Below, piece after piece: positions 48,052 through 57,301 of a DNA stretch of 64,000 bases. Every line of letters begins with the position of its first letter. Within the stretch, counting starts at the first letter, position 1. A program made the position numbers and the translations under genes. This DNA is from an uncultured virus (IMG/VR IMGVR_UViG_3300025418_001062). Lineage: Duplodnaviria; Heunggongvirae; Uroviricota; Caudoviricetes. The notes under the pieces were generated by a model. It saw only the letters and a program-made list of their open reading frames with translations, was not told where the DNA came from and did not search any database. The stretch is taken from IMG/VR virus record IMGVR_UViG_3300025418_001062. One strand, written 5' to 3'.

Positions 48052-49063
48052 CGTTTTCGTCCAGTGCCTTAGTGACGTTGATTAGTGCTAATACACGCTG
48101 GTACAACTCTTCGTACAACGCTGGGTCGGACTCAATCTTTGCCTTAGCCTTTGCACGCCCGTTTGCAAACTGCTCGCCATCGTAGTAAATCCAAGCGCCA
48201 CGAGACTGCAACACGCCTACATCGGTGGCGCAGTCAATCAACGCGTTAGCCTTTGGGACGCCAACGCCGTACTCAAGGTCAAACTCTGCAACACGATACG
48301 GTGCGGCAATCTTGTTCTTGACAACCTTGACCTTTGTGCGGTTAGCCGTTGCTTCGTCGCCCTTAGTGATGGTCTTGATTCGTCGAATGTCCAAGCGAAC
48401 TGATGCGTAGTAAGGCAACGCCTTGCCGCCTGGGGTGTATTCAGACGGCCCGTACATCTTGCCAATTGACTCTCGCAACTGATTGATAAAGATAACCAGT
48501 GTGTTGTTGTCAAACGCGGGACCGGCCAACTTGCGCAACGCCTTACCCATAAGGCGAGCCTGAAGGCCGACGTTGGCATCGCCCATTTCGCCCTCAAGTT
48601 CGGCGCGGGGGGTCAAAGCGGCAACGGAGTCCACCACAATTACGGAAACCATTCCGGTCTCTGCAAGGCGAATAGTAATCTCCAAGCCTTCCTCGGCAGT
48701 GCTGGGCTGAGACAAAAGCAATTCGTCTAAGTTCACACCAAGAGCCTTGGCATACACAGGGTCAATAGCGTGCTCAGCGTCAATGTACGCACACACTTTG
48801 CCCTGCTTCTGCGCTTCTGCAATTGAGTGCATCGCCAGCGTTGATTTGCCTGATGAGGGCGGCCCGTAGAACTCAACGATTCGGCCCAGCGGAAGACCGC
48901 CAGCGCCCAGCGCCATGTCCAACGGAAGCACGCCAGTAGAAATAACTTCTACGGGTGAAACCTTGTCGTTACTCAGTCGTACAATAGACCCTTCACCAAA
49001 GTCTTTGTCAATTTGTGCCATAACTGCGTCTAAAATAGAGGCAGTATCTGTCTTTTTTGCCAT
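48044..49063 (-). CDS. recA: RecA recombinase
   Basis: GPPSSGKST, IDAEHA, VVDSVAAL, QARLM, INQLR, GGKAL.YYASVRL. Confidence 0.98.
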   Translation of the reverse strand: MAKKTDTASILDAVMAQIDKDFGEGSIVRLSNDKVSPVEVISTGVLPLDMALGAGGLPLGRIVEFYGPPSSGKSTLAMHSIAEAQKQGKVCAYIDAEHAIDPVYAKALGVNLDELLLSQPSTAEEGLEITIRLAETGMVSVIVVDSVAALTPRAELEGEMGDANVGLQARLMGKALRKLAGPAFDNNTLVIFINQLRESIGKMYGPSEYTPGGKALPYYASVRLDIRRIKTITKGDEATANRTKVKVVKNKIAAPYRVAEFDLEYGVGVPKANALIDCATDVGVLQSRGAWIYYDGEQFANGRAKAKAKIESDPALYEELYQRVLALINVTKALDENDE

Positions 49064-49087
49064 TAGCAACCCTTCTTTCGTCTCTCA

Positions 49088-49109
49088 AGTGTATCAGAAC
49101 AAATGTTCT
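49088..49109 (-). promoter_or_regulatory. recA promoter -10 with abutting SOS box
   Basis: AGAAC-AAAT-GTTCT (49096-49109) next to TGaTACACT. Confidence 0.75.
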
Positions 49110-49122
49110 AGGAGGTGGACGC

Positions 49123-49152
49123 TTGACACGGGGGGTGTTTATGGTGTAAGGT
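49123..49152 (+). promoter_or_regulatory. Promoter of the replication operon
   Basis: TTGACA-N18-TAAGGT, 9 nt before the ATG. Confidence 0.65.
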
Positions 49153-49161
49153 TGATGGCCT

Positions 49162-50160
49162 ATGACAGAACGAGTGAAAGAACAACAGCCACGGCGTTAC
49201 TCAAAAGACGGCAAGCAAATAGTTGCTTCGCTGAAGTTTGGAGATAACACGTTGGTGGGGGACGTAACGGGTGATACGTCGGTATCAATTCCTGTATGGA
49301 TTTTAACACATGACACGCTCTCGAGCCGAGCGGTGCGCCTATGGGCTTATCTTCGTGGCGCATTGAATGGGTCGTTGAGCATCCCGGGGACGAGTCATCG
49401 CTCCATTGCGACGCTTCTCGACGTTAGCGACAGCACTGCTGAGCGTACTATTTACGAACTTCGTGATGCCGGTGCGCTTCAAATTGTGCATTCGTTTTCA
49501 AACGGTCGTCAAGTTGGCAACATCTACTACCTGTGGCCGGCCTTACCAACCGGTAATGGGTCCTCACCAGTGAGGAGGGGGGTCGTCACCAGTGAGGAGG
49601 GGTATATTAATACTAATAATATTAATACAATATCCCCAACAGTTGATACGAAGAAGCCGGTGCCACGTAAGCCACGTGCTTCATACCCTGATGCTTTTGA
49701 GGAGATGTGGAAGTTTTACCCACGTCACGATGCCAAGGCCGGGGCTTTTGAAAAGTACAGCGCCACGGTCAAGCGTGGAGTTGAACCTGCGTTGCTTCTT
49801 CTTGCCGCTCAGAATTATGCTTTGAGCCGTAAGGGCGAAGACCCTGCTTACACAATTTACGCACAGACATTTTTTGGTCACACCGAGCGTTGGCGAGAAT
49901 TTGTTGGCGGTACGGAATCAAACACCGTTGAGGTCGAACTTACAGACGAACAAAGGGTTTTGGCGGTTATTTACGACGCCTACGATGCCGGCAGTGAGTG
50001 GAAAGACCCCAAGAACAACGAAGTTCGACTTGACAACCCTGCAAAATACGGGTATACTCGTCCTACCAACTCAAAAGGTGAGTTGCTTGCCGGTGACGGA
50101 ACTACATACGCTTTGGATGCACAGGGTGTTCGTCGTTCCGGTAGTTACTGGCTTAAGTAG
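49162..50160 (+). CDS. Replication initiator (N-terminal wHTH)
   Basis: LSSRAVRLW..SHRSIA.LL.VS..T..R.I.EL; FEEMWKFYPR; internal iterons; precedes helicase. Confidence 0.85.
   Translation: MTERVKEQQPRRYSKDGKQIVASLKFGDNTLVGDVTGDTSVSIPVWILTHDTLSSRAVRLWAYLRGALNGSLSIPGTSHRSIATLLDVSDSTAERTIYELRDAGALQIVHSFSNGRQVGNIYYLWPALPTGNGSSPVRRGVVTSEEGYINTNNINTISPTVDTKKPVPRKPRASYPDAFEEMWKFYPRHDAKAGAFEKYSATVKRGVEPALLLLAAQNYALSRKGEDPAYTIYAQTFFGHTERWREFVGGTESNTVEVELTDEQRVLAVIYDAYDAGSEWKDPKNNEVRLDNPAKYGYTRPTNSKGELLAGDGTTYALDAQGVRRSGSYWLK
49559..49628 (+). repeat. Putative replication origin: two 22-bp iterons plus AT-rich tract
   Basis: GGTC(C/G)TCACCAGTGAGGAGGGG x2, then TATATTAATACTAATAATATTAATAC, inside the initiator gene. 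Confidence 0.8.
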
Positions 50161-50171
50161 ATAGGAGCGAG

Positions 50172-51368
50172 ATGACAGAAAAGAAGATTCCACATGACTT
50201 GGTTGCCGAGGATTCGCTCATTGGAGCAATGATTCTTTCGGTGGGGGCTATTATCACCGCCGCAGACCTTGTGACGGCTGAGGACTTTTACCGTCCTCGC
50301 AACTCCGACATTTTTGGTGCCATTTGCAACATTTTTAGTCGTGGCGAAAAGGTCGACCCCGTGACGATTTCGGCGGAACTCAACAACAGTTCGTTGGTTT
50401 CAACCATTGTCAGCATGTCGGTCAACTGCCCCTCGGCAAACAACGCCGATGGTTACGCCGCTATTGTTGCGAAGCACGCCGCCGCTCGGCGTTTGCTCTC
50501 CGATTTGCAGAAGGCTCAAGATTCTATTGAGACTGGTGGCAGTCCATACGAAGTGGCTCAGACAATGGGCAATGTTATTGCTGGCGTCGGTGCTGTACGC
50601 TCAGTTCAGCCCGAAGCAATGACGATGAGCGAACTTGAGATGAACGCTGATTCCATTGCGCCTATTGTTATCCCCGGCATGATGACCCGTGAAAGCCGCA
50701 CAATTGTTGTGGCCGAGGAAGGTGCCGGTAAGTCAATGATTCTTCGCACCATTGCGATGGCTGCGTCGCAGGGCGTTCACCCGTTTAGTCACCGTGAGAT
50801 TCCGCCAGTTCGGGCGCTCATCATTGACCTCGAGAACCCTACGCAGGCCATTACCCAAACCGGTGTTCCATTTATGAACATGCTTCGTGAGCGTGTGGGC
50901 GATAACTACGACGAGAGCCGACTGAAGTTTTTCCGTCGTCCCGGTGGCATTGAGATTCGCAAGTTGTCTGACCTCGCTGAGATTCAGCGTGAGATTGCGG
51001 CGCACCGACCAGAGTTGGTATGCATTGGACCCATTTACAAGATGTATCGACGTGGGGCTAACGAGACCTACGAAGACTCTGCCGACGGCGCAATGGCGGT
51101 ACTTGACAAACTGCGCACAACATACGACTTTGCTTTGGTCATGGAGCACCACGCCGCCAAGGGTGCCAAGGGCGAGCGTGAACTCACCCCTATGGGTTCG
51201 CAACGATGGATGGCGTGGCCTGAGACCGGTATCTCGCTCTACAAGGACGAAGTGGATAAGACCATGCTCCATGTAAAGCGTTTCCGTGGCGACCGTTTGC
51301 AGGGTGTAGACTGGCCTGACCGTATTTTGCGTGACCGTCAGTTCTTGTTTGATGGCGTGTGGGACTGA
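50172..51368 (+). CDS. DnaB-like replicative helicase
   Basis: PHDL.AE..LIG, EDFY, VDPVT N-domain; AEEGAGKS Walker A. Confidence 0.85.
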   Translation: MTEKKIPHDLVAEDSLIGAMILSVGAIITAADLVTAEDFYRPRNSDIFGAICNIFSRGEKVDPVTISAELNNSSLVSTIVSMSVNCPSANNADGYAAIVAKHAAARRLLSDLQKAQDSIETGGSPYEVAQTMGNVIAGVGAVRSVQPEAMTMSELEMNADSIAPIVIPGMMTRESRTIVVAEEGAGKSMILRTIAMAASQGVHPFSHREIPPVRALIIDLENPTQAITQTGVPFMNMLRERVGDNYDESRLKFFRRPGGIEIRKLSDLAEIQREIAAHRPELVCIGPIYKMYRRGANETYEDSADGAMAVLDKLRTTYDFALVMEHHAAKGAKGERELTPMGSQRWMAWPETGISLYKDEVDKTMLHVKRFRGDRLQGVDWPDRILRDRQFLFDGVWD

Positions 51369-51871
51369 TGAGTGTCATCGTTGCATACACAAACAAAGAC
51401 GAATGCTCAATGTCTTTCGACTCCGGTGCTTCCGGCGACGGAATGATTTTTGAAGTAAAGACGCCCAAGGCAATCAAACATGCCGGCAATGGGTTAATCG
51501 GAGTTGCAGGGTCGTGGCGAGTAATCAACCTCGTTGCTTCCTTGAAGTCCGAAAACTGCACTCCACAAAACATTGTGGATTTGCTTAAAGGGATTACGGG
51601 CGAAGAATCCTCTATGTCTGACATGGAGATTCTTTGTGCGTGGCCCGGAAAACCGTTGGTCATTATTCAGAATGACTTTTCGGTTCTTCAATTGAACTCA
51701 CCGTTTATGGCAGTGGGTTCCGGTTCGCCCTACGCTCTTGGCTACCTAGAAGGTCGCAAAGAGTTGAACAAGGGTGCGCTAACCGGCGCAGTGGAAGCAG
51801 CAATCAAGTATTCCACCAGCGTCTCTGGGCCTGTGAAAAATCTTCATTGTGCCGCTAGAGAAAGGCTGTAA
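51368..51871 (+). CDS. HslV/proteasome-beta-like Ntn hydrolase
   Basis: MSVIVA..DS..K..IGVAG..AVGSGS.YALG..AV.AA. Confidence 0.75.
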   Translation: MSVIVAYTNKDECSMSFDSGASGDGMIFEVKTPKAIKHAGNGLIGVAGSWRVINLVASLKSENCTPQNIVDLLKGITGEESSMSDMEILCAWPGKPLVIIQNDFSVLQLNSPFMAVGSGSPYALGYLEGRKELNKGALTGAVEAAIKYSTSVSGPVKNLHCAARERL

Positions 51872-52371
51872 TGAAAAACGTAATAGCGGCAATTTTTATT
51901 GCCACATTGATTTGCAATCATAGTGCTAACCATGGTACAATTGATGCAAATGACAAAGCAAACATTAAAACAACAGAGGCTATTCTTGAAATCAAGTTCC
52001 CAGAGCCAGCCTCAAAACCAGCAGCAAAACTTAGTGCAGGAAACGAATGGGACACAAGGGCAACGGACTCAACGGCCTACTGGCCTTCAGCGTCAAGCCC
52101 CATTGCCTCGATTCCGCTCTCAGCCCAAGCAGCCTTTGCGTGCATCCGGTTTCACGAATCAACCAATCACCCGACAAGCGTAAATGTTTACTCTGGTGAT
52201 GGAGGGCTTTACCAATTTGCCGACTACATTTGGGCTCACTACGGTGGCTTAAAGTATGCGGCACTTGCTCAGAATGCGAGTGGTCCTGAGCAAGACGCAG
52301 TAGCAGTAGCAGTGTATAAAGCCAACGGGGGATTTTTGCCCGAGTGGTCAGCAGACAAAGAGTGTTTTTAA
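51871..52371 (+). CDS. Rpf-like lytic transglycosylase with N-terminal signal
   Basis: CIR.HES...GGLYQF...W..YGG....A...EQ. Confidence 0.85.
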   Translation: MKNVIAAIFIATLICNHSANHGTIDANDKANIKTTEAILEIKFPEPASKPAAKLSAGNEWDTRATDSTAYWPSASSPIASIPLSAQAAFACIRFHESTNHPTSVNVYSGDGGLYQFADYIWAHYGGLKYAALAQNASGPEQDAVAVAVYKANGGFLPEWSADKECF

Positions 52372-52385
52372 CAGAAAGGAACAAA

Positions 52386-52589
52386 ATGGAAATAACGTTT
52401 GAACAATGGTACAAGATTGGTATGGAGAAGGGGTTTTGCAGTGAGCAGTTTTGCATGACCCACGATGCCTACCCTTTGCATGAATCCGAAGAGCGTGCTT
52501 GGGACGAGGGCCTAGACCCCTGCGCCCACATGGTGCGACTTGGAAACGTCGAAGACTGGGAACTGCCAGAAGATTGGTTTTCTATCTAA
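52386..52589 (+). CDS. Small hypothetical protein
   Basis: AGAAAGGA RBS; CMTHD...PCAH. Confidence 0.7.
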   Translation: MEITFEQWYKIGMEKGFCSEQFCMTHDAYPLHESEERAWDEGLDPCAHMVRLGNVEDWELPEDWFSI

Positions 52590-53050
52590 TGGAACCAATT
52601 CGCAACTATGAATGGGCAGACGATGCCGCTTGTCGAAACAGCGGGCTTGATTTCTTTGCAGAAGAGCCGTCAGAAGAATGCTACGAACTTTGTGATGTTT
52701 GCCCCGTAAAGGAGCAGTGTTTAAAGCAAGCAATGCAGTACGAGCATTACGGATTTTGGGCGGGCACAACAGAACGAGAGCGATACGCAAAGCGTCGTGC
52801 GCTTGGCATTTCTCAGCCGTTTTTTGACCGTACAATCAATAAGCAGTTGCAGAAAGAGCGCCGTGCTCAAAAGCGAGGAGACCTTGTTTCGGACGTTCCC
52901 ATTGCTCACGGCACTGAGAAGGGCTACATCCTTCACAACAAGCGGCTTGAGCCAATGTGTGACCCATGTAAGGCCGCACATCGTGAATACATTGCCGAAT
53001 ACCGACGCAAGAAAAAGGCCGAAGAGGCAGAAAAGAAATTGAAGGCATGA
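52589..53050 (+). CDS. whiB: WhiB-family transcription factor with C-terminal HGT..Y..H..C..C zinc domain
   Basis: W...AAC..FF...CDVCPVKEQC..GFWAG...ER. Confidence 0.9.
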   Translation: MEPIRNYEWADDAACRNSGLDFFAEEPSEECYELCDVCPVKEQCLKQAMQYEHYGFWAGTTERERYAKRRALGISQPFFDRTINKQLQKERRAQKRGDLVSDVPIAHGTEKGYILHNKRLEPMCDPCKAAHREYIAEYRRKKKAEEAEKKLKA

Positions 53051-53194
53051 GATTTTATAAATCACTAAAACGCAAGCGAGCAATGAAGCGACACCCTAGT
53101 TCGCAACCAAAGCCCGCAGGCAAACCGATTGTAAAAACTTGGATTGTTGTTGGCACTAACAATGCCGCATCACACAACTACGAATTGAGTAGCA

Positions 53195-53902
53195 ATGACC
53201 GACGATGAACTCCTTTGGAGTGAAACATACCCAGACCAAAAGATTCCTGGCTCCGCAGAACCCGTTGAGGGCAAATGCGGGGCCAGGCTTCGTAGCAAGG
53301 AACTCAAAGAACTTGACATTACTCGCTACTGCGTCAAAACACAAGGCATGGGCACTTCCCACCTTGGCGAAGGTCGCTGTAAGTGGCATGGTGGCTCAAC
53401 GCCTACTCACGTCAAGGGCGCTGTGCAGGTTCAAATGAAGCGTGAGTTTGCAACGCTTACTGAGCGCCTTGGAGAGCCTGAACCCATTCGACCACCAGAG
53501 GTAGAAGCCTTTGTACTGGCCGGTAAAATGAAGCAGTGGTCTCTGGTGCTTGAAGAAAAGTTGCAGGAACTAAACGGCATCCTAGAGGTCACTGACAAGA
53601 CAGGCATTGAGCACACCCGTGCGCTTATTGAGGTTCTTGAACGTGCTTGGGAGCGATACCAAAAGTCCCTAGAGTTCTTGCTCAAGTTTGACTTGCAGAA
53701 GCGCATCGTGGCGCTCGAGGAGCAACAAGCCAACATGATTGGCGCGGCGTTCATGGCTGTTATTCTTAGCCGTGACCTGAACCTTAAGGAAAACCAGATT
53801 GAGACAGCACGCACAATGTTTGCTCGCTCTATCATGGACCTTGGCGACGGCATGACGCCTACCTGGGCCTCTGGTCTTATTGACGGGGAAGTCGTAGAAT
53901 AG
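53195..53902 (+). CDS. HGGxST-motif protein, candidate terminase small subunit
   Basis: CGA..C...GRCKWHGGST then helical region. Confidence 0.65.
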   Translation: MTDDELLWSETYPDQKIPGSAEPVEGKCGARLRSKELKELDITRYCVKTQGMGTSHLGEGRCKWHGGSTPTHVKGAVQVQMKREFATLTERLGEPEPIRPPEVEAFVLAGKMKQWSLVLEEKLQELNGILEVTDKTGIEHTRALIEVLERAWERYQKSLEFLLKFDLQKRIVALEEQQANMIGAAFMAVILSRDLNLKENQIETARTMFARSIMDLGDGMTPTWASGLIDGEVVE

Positions 53903-53944
53903 AAAAAACGGGGCACCTGAGTCGTTCCAAACTCAAGTGCCCCG
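53903..53944. terminator. Hairpin between convergent genes
   Basis: CGGGGCAC/GTGCCCCG stem, T run on the minus strand. Confidence 0.7.
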
Positions 53945-53961
53945 CAAACCTTGTCGGGCTA

Positions 53962-54393
53962 CTAAATCAGTGTAGCAGGTGCATCAACCTTTTTCTTGCT
54001 AGCGACCTTAGCCGCTTCTCGGTCTCCCGCACCATCGTAAACTTTATACAGCCCTCGCTTGACCTTGTAAAAGTAGTCGGTGTTCTTGAGCAACTTTATT
54101 ACAACAGAGTAAGTTACCTTAAGCGAGTTTTGAATTTCTTCAGTGGTCATCTCTCGACCAACGTTTTCTTTACCCCACGCCGGCAGGACCTTATTAGGGT
54201 CTTGCCGGCGATTCTTTTTGTTCAGCACAACCTCCTCACCGGTCAATTCTTCAATCAAACGGCGGGCAACAAAGTGAGAGGTCAGTTCTTCAATAACATT
54301 CTTGTCGTCCCTAACGGACTTTTCAATGATTGCATTTGCGCGCCAGCGTTCGCTAACTTCCCAACGCTCTTCCTTTGTGAGTTTTTTAGTCAT
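53962..54393 (-). CDS. Hypothetical protein (possible wHTH)
   Basis: Part of a coupled leftward operon. Confidence 0.65.
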   Translation of the reverse strand: MTKKLTKEERWEVSERWRANAIIEKSVRDDKNVIEELTSHFVARRLIEELTGEEVVLNKKNRRQDPNKVLPAWGKENVGREMTTEEIQNSLKVTYSVVIKLLKNTDYFYKVKRGLYKVYDGAGDREAAKVASKKKVDAPATLI

Positions 54394-54700
54394 CTTCCGC
54401 TTCTGACATAAGTTCAAAATAAATCGACGTTAATAGGTTGCCAATAAAGACACCAAACGAAAACCCAACTTGGTACGGGTCGTCTACGTCTGAAACCAGT
54501 TCTTTGATGTGGTCTTGAGAAATGCAGACATAAAGCGTCGTGCCTCCGGGCATCTCGATAACGTCATAAAAATTGCCTGACGACAACGATGAAGCCGGAA
54601 CTGACAATGCCAACAACTTTAACTCTCCCACTGCAAACGTGGTGATTAGACTTCCAGCCAAAGACTCTTCTCCGTCTGTCCAGCGATGATTTACTCCCAT
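54386..54700 (-). CDS. Hypothetical protein
   Basis: GAAAGGAG RBS. Confidence 0.7.
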   Translation of the reverse strand: MGVNHRWTDGEESLAGSLITTFAVGELKLLALSVPASSLSSGNFYDVIEMPGGTTLYVCISQDHIKELVSDVDDPYQVGFSFGVFIGNLLTSIYFELMSEAEDD

Positions 54701-55185
54701 TACTGCTCCTTTCTTTCTGTGTCTGTATATTCTACCTCATCAGAGGGTGTAATGTCAAGTACCCTAAATCCATTGCTAGCAAACAAGGCTGTAAGATTGA
54801 TTTCTTCAATGTCTTCGCCTTCTGCTAGGTCAATCTCTGCATACAAATTGTATGTTTTGACGTTGCGGCTCTTAAAGTCTTCTTTGCACTCGTCTATTGA
54901 CGATGCTTCCCACAAGACAGAAGCGACAACACGCCGAGACAGTGAGTTGATAAGACGAACCTCGTATGCCGACGTTGGCAACGTAGGGTCAATCTTTTCT
55001 GCTTCTAGGGAATGTTGGACTACTTGCCACATGGGGATTGCATTGCAAAACTGCGTAAACATCTCAAAGGCTTCAACGGGGGCAATTCCGCCCTCAAACA
55101 AAACCCCAATTTCCTTGTATTCCCGACCGCGTTTTTCGTATGCCGAGATAACAAAAGGGGTTTCTATTTCGTAGAAGTGGTTCAT
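54700..55185 (-). CDS. Acidic hypothetical protein
   Basis: Overlaps both neighbours. Confidence 0.7.
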   Translation of the reverse strand: MNHFYEIETPFVISAYEKRGREYKEIGVLFEGGIAPVEAFEMFTQFCNAIPMWQVVQHSLEAEKIDPTLPTSAYEVRLINSLSRRVVASVLWEASSIDECKEDFKSRNVKTYNLYAEIDLAEGEDIEEINLTALFASNGFRVLDITPSDEVEYTDTERKEQ

Positions 55186-55514
55186 GCGTCGTCCCAGCCC
55201 CGTGCTTCTGACAGCACCAAAAGTGCGCTCATAGTGTCAATTGCGCAAGAATCCAAAGGGAAAATCTTCTTGGCGTCGTCCGCAAACTGATAGTAAGCAT
55301 CGTCTTTGCGGTATTTGGTGGCACCAGACGCCGCATTGTAAGCAACAGCAACCTCACGGTTGTCGGGCAAAACAATGTAGCCGAACCAGTTTCCGTTGTC
55401 GCTGACCGCCTCCATAGCAAAGTAGTAGTCGTTAAGCAACTCTAAGTTAGTAGGCTTTAGCAACTCCAACTCCAAGTCGTCTGCTTCTGCAATAAATTTG
55501 TCCATTAAGAACAT
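55182..55514 (-). CDS. Hypothetical protein
   Basis: AGAAAGGA RBS; TTGACT-N17-TAGAAT promoter at 55588-55560. Confidence 0.75.
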   Translation of the reverse strand: MFLMDKFIAEADDLELELLKPTNLELLNDYYFAMEAVSDNGNWFGYIVLPDNREVAVAYNAASGATKYRKDDAYYQFADDAKKIFPLDSCAIDTMSALLVLSEARGWDDA

Positions 55515-55795
55515 GTAATTCCTTTCTCTCGAATGTTACAGCCTATCTGCAACGCATCCATTCTAACATTTTCCAGCGTCGCAGTCAAATCGAGAGCCCT
55601 GGGAACGATAATTACACGTTATACTTATAACCGAGCAGTCTCACTCCCTGTTCATTGTAGTTCCTTTCTGTCACTGCAAAATGCCCCGGCCCCTAAAAAG
55701 GTCGGGGATTTTGCGTTTCTGACTTGACACGGGCTCGAGGGTGTGGTATCTTTGAATCGAACGCATTGGGGCGTTCTAAAGACAAAAGGAGTGAC

Positions 55796-56209
55796 ATGAA
55801 AATTACAGCACCATTTCAACGGAGTTCTAAGACCAGCCGAGAGGCCGCAGAATCTGTTGAACACTTGGTTGAAACCCAACTGGAAAAAGTTTACTCGCTC
55901 ATTAGCGAAAAGCCACGCACCGACCAAGAAGTAGCCAAGGTTCTTGGTATGCAGATTTCTTCCATTACCGCTCGACGCCGAGCATTGGTTCTTGAGGGAC
56001 GAGTTCGAGACTCTCAACTGCGTCGCAAGAACTCATCGGGTCGCAATGCTGTAATCTGGGAGGCCGGCGAAGCAGCAGAGCCAAGTCGCCCATCTCGGAG
56101 CGAACTGGAACGCCGAATTGAAAAGGCTATTATGCACATCGAGACCGCCGGCTACCAAGAAGTAGGCAATTTCCGTGCTAATCTGCAAAACATCTTGAAG
56201 GGAATCTAG
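55796..56209 (+). CDS. Winged-helix DNA-binding protein
   Basis: TSREAA..T.QEVA..L...S.TARR..L...G.V...R...SGR.A.IW; TTGACA-N17-TATCTT promoter at 55724. Confidence 0.75.
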   Translation: MKITAPFQRSSKTSREAAESVEHLVETQLEKVYSLISEKPRTDQEVAKVLGMQISSITARRRALVLEGRVRDSQLRRKNSSGRNAVIWEAGEAAEPSRPSRSELERRIEKAIMHIETAGYQEVGNFRANLQNILKGI

Positions 56210-56561
56210 TGCGAGAAGAATACACACCCGACCCTGTTGAGACGTGGCACTGCGAAGAATTTGGTGAAGTGCCATGGAAGTGTGAAGACTGCAACCCAGA
56301 GGAGGAAGAATAGTGTTAGTTGCAATTCTATGTACATTGCTTTTTATTACGGCAATTGGAAATATTGGGAGGGGTCGATGAAATACGCATGGGAACTCTG
56401 GCTTTTTTTGGTGCCTATCGTGGCGCTGATTACGCTCTACGTCTGGCTGGACCGATGACGTTGTTGCCAGAAATGGGTGTGTTTGCTTCTTTAGCAAACA
56501 ACGAAACTCAAGCATCGGTTAGCGGTCTAAAAGACTTCTGCCCCAAGTGCGGAGAGAAACT

Positions 56562-56882
56562 ATGACCCCCGACGAACGCCAAGCCCTACGAGAGAAGCAC
56601 AGCCAGGACGAAAAGAATCAATGTTCTTACTGTTTGTATGAAAGGTACCCCTGCGACGTAATCAAGGTGCTGGACGAAGTAGACCAAGCAAACTTTCAAG
56701 CGGCAATAAATTACGAACGTGGATACGATGACGGTTATAAGGTACTGGACGCTACCGAAAACCTAAAGTTTAACGACCTAAAAACTAAAGTTGAGTGCGA
56801 ACACCTATGGCTCAGTAGAGCCAATGCTAAATACCAATGGACTGTTTTCACCTACTGCCCCAAGTGCGGAGAGAAACTATGA
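56562..56882 (+). CDS. Small zinc-binding protein (paralog 1)
   Basis: MTP..ALREKH..CSYC..YPC; ends CPKCGEKL. Confidence 0.7.
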   Translation: MTPDERQALREKHSQDEKNQCSYCLYERYPCDVIKVLDEVDQANFQAAINYERGYDDGYKVLDATENLKFNDLKTKVECEHLWLSRANAKYQWTVFTYCPKCGEKL

Positions 56883-57046
56883 CCCCCACCGAAATCAAAG
56901 CCCTACGAGAGAAGCACCAGCCCGTGTTTCAGAACATTGGCAGGGCTGGTGACGTTAATTACTGCGCCGGCTGTAAGGGTCCCAATGGCACCTTGATTCA
57001 AACGTGGCCCTGTGAAGTGCTGCGGGTACTGGAAAGTACCTTCTAA
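56879..57046 (+). CDS. Small zinc-binding protein (paralog 2)
   Basis: MTP..ALREKH..CAGC..WPC. Confidence 0.7.
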   Translation: MTPTEIKALREKHQPVFQNIGRAGDVNYCAGCKGPNGTLIQTWPCEVLRVLESTF

Positions 57047-57093
57047 AAATAAGTATGGTCATGGTACTCGACAAAAGTGCCGATGATATGTAC

Positions 57094-57122
57094 TTGCATT
57101 GCCCCAAAACCTGTGCTATAAT
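57094..57122 (+). promoter_or_regulatory. Promoter
   Basis: TTGCAT-N17-TATAAT with TGn. Confidence 0.7.
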
Positions 57123-57154
57123 AGACGGGTAACAAACAACAGAAAGGATTACAA

Positions 57155-57301
57155 ATGATTTTGCTACTAGAATTGCTGTTTCCTGCTCTGTTCTTCGCAA
57201 TGGTTGGCTATTTTGCTTACCGCTGGAACAAGGCAGTTAAGGCTGGCATCTTTCAGAAGGGCCAGTTTACTCGACACATTATCAAGGGGAACAACCGATG
57301 A
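57155..57301 (+). CDS. Small membrane protein (48 aa)
   Basis: AGAAAGGA RBS; N-terminal TM; translated by hand. Confidence 0.6.
   Translation: MILLLELLFPALFFAMVGYFAYRWNKAVKAGIFQKGQFTRHIIKGNNR

Noticed and set aside
55640..55672. Strong AGAAAGGA RBS followed by a four-codon ORF (MNRE) on the minus strand
   Set aside because: Probably a gene remnant; no evidence of function
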